Positions 59,386-64,000 of a stretch of 64,000 bases of DNA are shown in pieces (the first letter of the stretch is position 1; each line of letters starts with the position of its first letter). This DNA is from Chlamydiales bacterium (GTDB lineage: Bacteria > Chlamydiota > Chlamydiia > Chlamydiales > JBDQID01), in NCBI GenBank assembly GCA_047611865.1, contig JBLFWS010000001.1, forward strand, positions 1 through 64,000, in the 5' to 3' direction. The translations under genes were made by a program, and so were the position numbers. Below the pieces are notes generated by a model. That model was given only the letters and a program-made list of their open reading frames with translations, was not told where the DNA came from and made no database searches.

Positions 59386-61218
59386 CTATCCAATCCACCG
59401 AAAAGAGTAATTCATCGTATCCATTGTAACAGCTTGAGTAGGACATTTTTCGGCACACAACCCACAACGTATACAAAGGTCTTCATCTTTCAACATTGCA
59501 GACCCTGCTGTATTAAGTTCTTCAGCTGTCATTTCAGAAGAATCGAATCCATAGTTATTGTCCACAGCTTTACGCATATTGCCCTCTCCCCAATCCAAGT
59601 TCAATTTCGATAAAGGTATCAACGTAAGACAATTTGTAGGGCAAACATCTACACAACCATTACATTTTATACAAAGAGATCCATCAAATACTGGACTTAC
59701 ATGACACTGTAAACAACGACTTGCTTGCTGATGCGCCTCTTCTGCAGTATAAGGATTTTCAACAATATTTAGATTTTTCCGCCTCTCCTCTGCCGGCTGA
59801 AGAGAAGGAAGAGACCATTTTGTACTCAGGTATTCTTTATCTCGCATAGGTGGAATTGTTCTGAACTCTCCAACGAACTCCTGGTAAGGCTTTGTTCCTC
59901 TCAAATCACTGTCAATAGCCCTTGCAGATTCTTGCCCATGACGTATTGCTGTAATGAACAACGCAGGCCCATATCCGGCATCCCCCCCACAATAAATCCC
60001 ATTTACAGATGTTCTACCAGTTCCTCTTTCTACTTTTATAATTCCCCTTTCAAGGGTAAGGTCAGCTTTCTTGTCCCACCCGTCAAAAAGACTCGTATCC
60101 ATTCCCTGGCCGATAGCTAAAGCTATGGTATCACAAGGCACAACATACTCTGTTCCTTCAACAAACTCGGGTGAAAAACCCCCTTTATGATTAAAAAGTC
60201 GAGAGATCTTCTGTACACGCAGCCCAATAATCTTCCCGTCGCTGTCACGTTCCACCGCCTTTGGACCTAGCCTGTTGAGGACCTCAATTCCCTCTTCAAG
60301 CGCATCTTCAATCTCAAATTCATCAGCTGTTTGTTCATCTCGAGATTCCAGGCAAACCAGAGTAACCTTATCAGCTCCATTGCGTATAGAAGACCGCGCC
60401 ACATCGTAAGATACGTTACCCCCACCAACAACGACTATATGATTACCTATTCTCCATTTCCCCCCGCCCGTAATCACCTTAAGATACTCTACGCCTCTGA
60501 TTATGTCTGCCTGGTCTGTTCCGGGAATGGGTAACTCTCGGGACTTCCATAAACCATTGCCGATAAAAATCGCGTCATACTTTTCCTGCATTTCAGTAAT
60601 CGTTATATCTCGGCCAACTTTCGTATTATAGTGGATATTAGCGCCCAAGTATTCTATCGCATAGCATTCGTTGATGATTACATCATTTTTCAGTCTGTAA
60701 TTGGGGACACCATAGGTTAACATCCCCCCTGGCATACTCATCATTTCATAAATATCGACAGAATATCCCAAGCGAAGAAGGTCGTGTGCTGCCGTTAACG
60801 AGGCCACTCCCGCCCCTATGCAACCCACCTTCATTCCATTCGGTTTTGGGTTGGTCGTTCCACGTGAGTAGCTAAATTCCAGAGCTTTAATGTGAGCTTC
60901 CTTATCCACCCCGAACCACTCATCGAGAAAACGTTTTTGTGCACGAATGGTAAGAGTTTTATCTACTCGATCTCTCCGACAGGCTGTTTCACAGGGAGCC
61001 CCGCATATCCATCCACAGATAGACGCGAAAGGATTAGGCCCTCGAGCAATTTTATAACCCTCCAAAAGGTTACCTGCTTGTAACGCAAGCATATACCCTC
61101 GAGCATCTGTATTAACAGGACATCCGTCGCGACAGTCGATTTGTTTCAGATAATAATCTAGATCTGGAATAACAACGTCATAACTATCTTTATAGATATC
61201 AACCAGCTCTTTTGACAC
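59386..61218 (-). CDS. GltD/NfnB/DsrL-like FAD-FeS NAD(P)H oxidoreductase with C-terminal 2x[4Fe-4S] ferredoxin domain
   Basis: CRDGCP..NPFASICGWICGAPCETACRR; GAGVAS; GGGNVSYD; GGDA; CIKCNGCVDVCP; CIRCGLCAEKCP. Confidence 0.88.
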   Translation of the reverse strand: MSKELVDIYKDSYDVVIPDLDYYLKQIDCRDGCPVNTDARGYMLALQAGNLLEGYKIARGPNPFASICGWICGAPCETACRRDRVDKTLTIRAQKRFLDEWFGVDKEAHIKALEFSYSRGTTNPKPNGMKVGCIGAGVASLTAAHDLLRLGYSVDIYEMMSMPGGMLTYGVPNYRLKNDVIINECYAIEYLGANIHYNTKVGRDITITEMQEKYDAIFIGNGLWKSRELPIPGTDQADIIRGVEYLKVITGGGKWRIGNHIVVVGGGNVSYDVARSSIRNGADKVTLVCLESRDEQTADEFEIEDALEEGIEVLNRLGPKAVERDSDGKIIGLRVQKISRLFNHKGGFSPEFVEGTEYVVPCDTIALAIGQGMDTSLFDGWDKKADLTLERGIIKVERGTGRTSVNGIYCGGDAGYGPALFITAIRHGQESARAIDSDLRGTKPYQEFVGEFRTIPPMRDKEYLSTKWSLPSLQPAEERRKNLNIVENPYTAEEAHQQASRCLQCHVSPVFDGSLCIKCNGCVDVCPTNCLTLIPLSKLNLDWGEGNMRKAVDNNYGFDSSEMTAEELNTAGSAMLKDEDLCIRCGLCAEKCPTQAVTMDTMNYSFRWIG

Positions 61219-61436
61219 AGTAATCCCCTTGACATCATTTTCTTTTCAAAACCCTATCAAATATTTCTGTTTTTTAAAATCGTTTTCCAAAATATTGTTT
61301 TTAAAGCGCCTATCAAACCCCGCCTCTTCGCGACGATCTCGAAAGACAAGCCCTTCCCCTCCTGCCTCGACAGAAACAATTGATAAACATATACTCAAGA
61401 TTGAGTTTTTGATTCAATATCATAAGGAATTGTTTT

Positions 61437-63014
61437 ATGCATCTTGTCATAGTCAACACCAGTTCCAAGGGTGGAAAAGAGTTACAAACCGCTCTACTGC
61501 AGGAATCTTACAAAGATGGGAACGATCTAAAAACACGCACCATTGCCAAGCTCATGGAGTGTACGGAAGATGAGATCCATGCTGTACAGATGGCATTCCA
61601 ACACAAAGACAAAATGCTTAAACTGAACCTTCCTAAACTACCGTCAAATACACACAGCCCTCAAGTTCTTAAACAAAACACTCCCATTGGGGCCGCATGG
61701 GTTGCAAAATCCGTCGCAGAATACTTAGGTATCGCTGATGCCCTTGGCACAACAAAGCCTGGTAAATTAGCCCTGCTCCAAATTTTGTCTCATGTTGTTG
61801 AACCCACCCTATACCCCCTTTCCAGGTTTGCTGAACAAACTCATTATTTAATTAACTCTCTTGACCTCCCCATCGACATTGATGCAAAAGACCTTCACAG
61901 AGACCTGACATGGTTATCGAAAAACAAGTCCAAAATAGAAAAGAGAATATTCAAGTTTCGCACCAAGGGGGTTTCTGACCGCCTTTTCTTTTACAATATC
62001 TCCAGCCCATACCTCTCCACCCGCCTGAACCCTCTTGAAATTTTTGAACGAAACCTAGATCAAAGTCACTTCCCGGGGCTGGGTCTTCTATGTGATCAAG
62101 AAGGCTACCCCGTATCCATTTGCCTACCTAATCCAGAGAAAAACCAAACAGTGCTTGATAATGCTCTAAAATTAGCCAAAGACTACTCCGTAGATTCTGT
62201 TACAGTTGTACGTCATAACTCCAGCTCTATGGAAAAAGATAACATCCCTCAGGTTGCAAACTATCTTTCACATGTCACCTCTCCCGAAGACATAGCGTTC
62301 CTCAAAGCACACATACTCCTGGATAAAGTTGAAGACCTTAGTCTCACAAAAAGAAACGACCACAAACACTTTCTTATCAAAAGGGACCCAAAGCGCTCGA
62401 AAATTCTTAAAGAAATGCGCGAAGACCAGCTCAAGCATGCTGAACTACTCATCAATAAAGCTAACGAAAAGCTTAAAGAACAACCCACATCTTCAACAAC
62501 AATTTTACAAAGCCTCCAGAGGGCCATCGAAAACATTGGAGGCTCTGAATGGCTTAAGGTACAAGAGTCTGATGTGGGGTTTATCCATGAAGTCAACCAG
62601 GAAAAGCTCAATGAATTTTCCACCTTAGACGGCTGTCAGATTTTGGAATCCAACCTCCCTTTTAGCGGCACTTCACCAGAAATCCTTTTGGATCGCTTTA
62701 AAAACCAAAAACTTATCGAAGAAGCCTTTCGTAACCACAGCCCTGGTTTCCACGACCTCGAGCTTGCCGATAGCCTCTTAGAAAGCACCCTTCGAGGACA
62801 CTCCTTGTTGCTAATGCTCGCCTTTCTCATTAACCGCACCCTCGGAAAGGCCTGGTCTCCCTTGGGCGTTACTCCCGAGGAGGGATTAAGGGAGCTTTCT
62901 GGTATCTGTTCAATGAATATCGGAAACAAAACCTACATAACAGAGCCCAACAAAGCCACCCAGCAACTTCTTGAAGCCTTAAACCTTAAACTACCCACTC
63001 AGACAGACTTATGA
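61437..63014 (+). CDS. IS1634-family transposase-derived protein with substituted DDE residues
   Basis: LLQESYKDG..KTRTIAKL, GLLCDQEGYPV, LDGC.ILESNL, IEEAFR, LRGH.LLLMLAFL, QQLLEALNLKLP; frame intact. Confidence 0.7.
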   Translation: MHLVIVNTSSKGGKELQTALLQESYKDGNDLKTRTIAKLMECTEDEIHAVQMAFQHKDKMLKLNLPKLPSNTHSPQVLKQNTPIGAAWVAKSVAEYLGIADALGTTKPGKLALLQILSHVVEPTLYPLSRFAEQTHYLINSLDLPIDIDAKDLHRDLTWLSKNKSKIEKRIFKFRTKGVSDRLFFYNISSPYLSTRLNPLEIFERNLDQSHFPGLGLLCDQEGYPVSICLPNPEKNQTVLDNALKLAKDYSVDSVTVVRHNSSSMEKDNIPQVANYLSHVTSPEDIAFLKAHILLDKVEDLSLTKRNDHKHFLIKRDPKRSKILKEMREDQLKHAELLINKANEKLKEQPTSSTTILQSLQRAIENIGGSEWLKVQESDVGFIHEVNQEKLNEFSTLDGCQILESNLPFSGTSPEILLDRFKNQKLIEEAFRNHSPGFHDLELADSLLESTLRGHSLLLMLAFLINRTLGKAWSPLGVTPEEGLRELSGICSMNIGNKTYITEPNKATQQLLEALNLKLPTQTDL

Positions 63015-63712
63015 AATTTACCTCCCCTTTGCTTTCTGCCACAATCATCAAGCGTTATAAGCGTTTTTTAGTAGATGTTGAGCTCGAAGATGGTCGCATC
63101 ATTACCGCTCATTGCCCCAATACTGGAAGTATGAAAACATGTATCCTCCCTGGATGGAAGGCTCTTCTCAGCTACCACAGCAACCCCAAAAGAAAGCTAT
63201 CCCACACCTTGGAGCTAATCCATAATTCAGAGTGTTGGATCTGCGTTAATACCCATCAAGCTAACAAGATTGTTCACGAGGCTATACTCAACGGTGATAT
63301 CCCCGAGCTCTCTCATTATAAAACTATTCGCCCAGAGGTCAAATACTCCCAAAACAGCCGTATCGACTTCCTTTTAGAAAGCCCCAATAAAAAGCCCTGC
63401 TTCGTTGAAGTGAAAGCTGTGACCCTTCTCGGTGAAAACGAAACCATCCTATTTCCCGACTCCGTAACCACTCGAGGCCAAAAACACATCGCCGACCTTG
63501 ATCAAGAACACTCGAAAGGAAACCGGGCCGTACTGCTCTTCCTGATTCAAAGAGGCGACGGCTCCCACTTTGCCCCCGCTTCCGAAATTGACCCTGAATA
63601 TACCAGGCTTCTGAAAAACGCTTATTCCTCTGGATTAGAGGTTCTGGCCTACCAAACAAATATAACCCCTGAAGGCATCTGCATTCTGAAAAAAATTCCC
63701 TTTAATATTTAA
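63011..63712 (+). CDS. sfsA: sugar fermentation stimulation protein SfsA (PD-(D/E)xK nuclease fold)
   Basis: IKRYKRFLVD, AHCPNTGSM, EVKY..NSRIDFLL, FVEVKAVTL, FPDSVTTRGQKH. Confidence 0.95.
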   Translation: MKFTSPLLSATIIKRYKRFLVDVELEDGRIITAHCPNTGSMKTCILPGWKALLSYHSNPKRKLSHTLELIHNSECWICVNTHQANKIVHEAILNGDIPELSHYKTIRPEVKYSQNSRIDFLLESPNKKPCFVEVKAVTLLGENETILFPDSVTTRGQKHIADLDQEHSKGNRAVLLFLIQRGDGSHFAPASEIDPEYTRLLKNAYSSGLEVLAYQTNITPEGICILKKIPFNI

Positions 63713-63731
63713 TCCTTAGGCAGTACTCATC

Positions 63732-64000
63732 ATGACTCTCGAAGATCAAAACCACAGCCGCCCCTTTGTTAACCTCATAAACGAGTTCGGGATGCTTTCT
63801 CGCCTCCCCCGCTCAGGGTTCTCTTTTCTCGGAACCGGGAAACAGTCTGTTGCCGAGCATAGTTTTGGCGTAATCTCAATTGCTTTTGTTCTGGCTCACT
63901 GTTGTGAAGAGACTGTTGACGAATTGCGACTGCTCCAACTCTGTCTTTTACACGATCTTCCCGAATCCCGAATTGGTGACCATAACTATGTCCAGAAAGA
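63732..64000 (+). CDS. HD-domain hydrolase (YfbR/HDDC2-like), truncated by the window end
   Basis: MTLEDQ...GMLSRLPRSGF..LGTGKQSVAEHS...CLLHDLPESRIGD. Confidence 0.85.
   Translation, partial: MTLEDQNHSRPFVNLINEFGMLSRLPRSGFSFLGTGKQSVAEHSFGVISIAFVLAHCCEETVDELRLLQLCLLHDLPESRIGDHNYVQK

Noticed and set aside
59386..61218. Glutamate synthase small subunit gltD
   Set aside because: No gltB nearby, an extra C-terminal ferredoxin domain, and a respiratory operon context
61405..61425. FNR box upstream of the cbb3 operon
   Set aside because: TTGAT and ATCAT are separated by 5 bp rather than 4, and the second half-site is imperfect

Overview
This 64 kb window is most consistent with an environmental Chlamydiota genome. 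Evidence: the long chlamydial GreA, a sigma66-like RpoD, a stand-alone nqrA, and aspC-mreC and tyrP genes. From left to right it holds: (1) the end of a probable island next to tRNA-Thr(CGT); (2) housekeeping genes (tyrP, mreC, aspC, an outer-membrane beta-barrel, tRNA-Ala(GGC), dinG, rpoD, coiA-like, nqrA, greA, rdgB, yacP-like); (3) a ~22.5 kb minus-strand glycan locus of 13 nucleotide-sugar and tailoring genes followed by four tandem, translationally coupled ~810-aa sulfotransferase-glycosyltransferase fusion paralogs; (4) an LplT/Aas-like transporter with a degenerate acyltransferase domain and a YopT/C58-protease-ankyrin effector candidate; (5) a ~11 kb respiratory operon joining a GltD/NfnB-like flavo-FeS NAD(P)H oxidoreductase, Rieske protein, cytochrome b, a 7-heme 1367-aa cytochrome c and a cbb3-type oxidase whose CcoP is reduced to a heme-less anchor; (6) an intact IS1634-like ORF with substituted catalytic residues, coupled to sfsA and followed by an HD hydrolase. 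Intergenic DNA holds three IS903-type MITEs with 9-bp target duplications and nested 9-mer palindromes, two other palindromic elements and a hairpin-dense ncRNA candidate. All functional calls rest on motif recognition by eye; no database searches were run.
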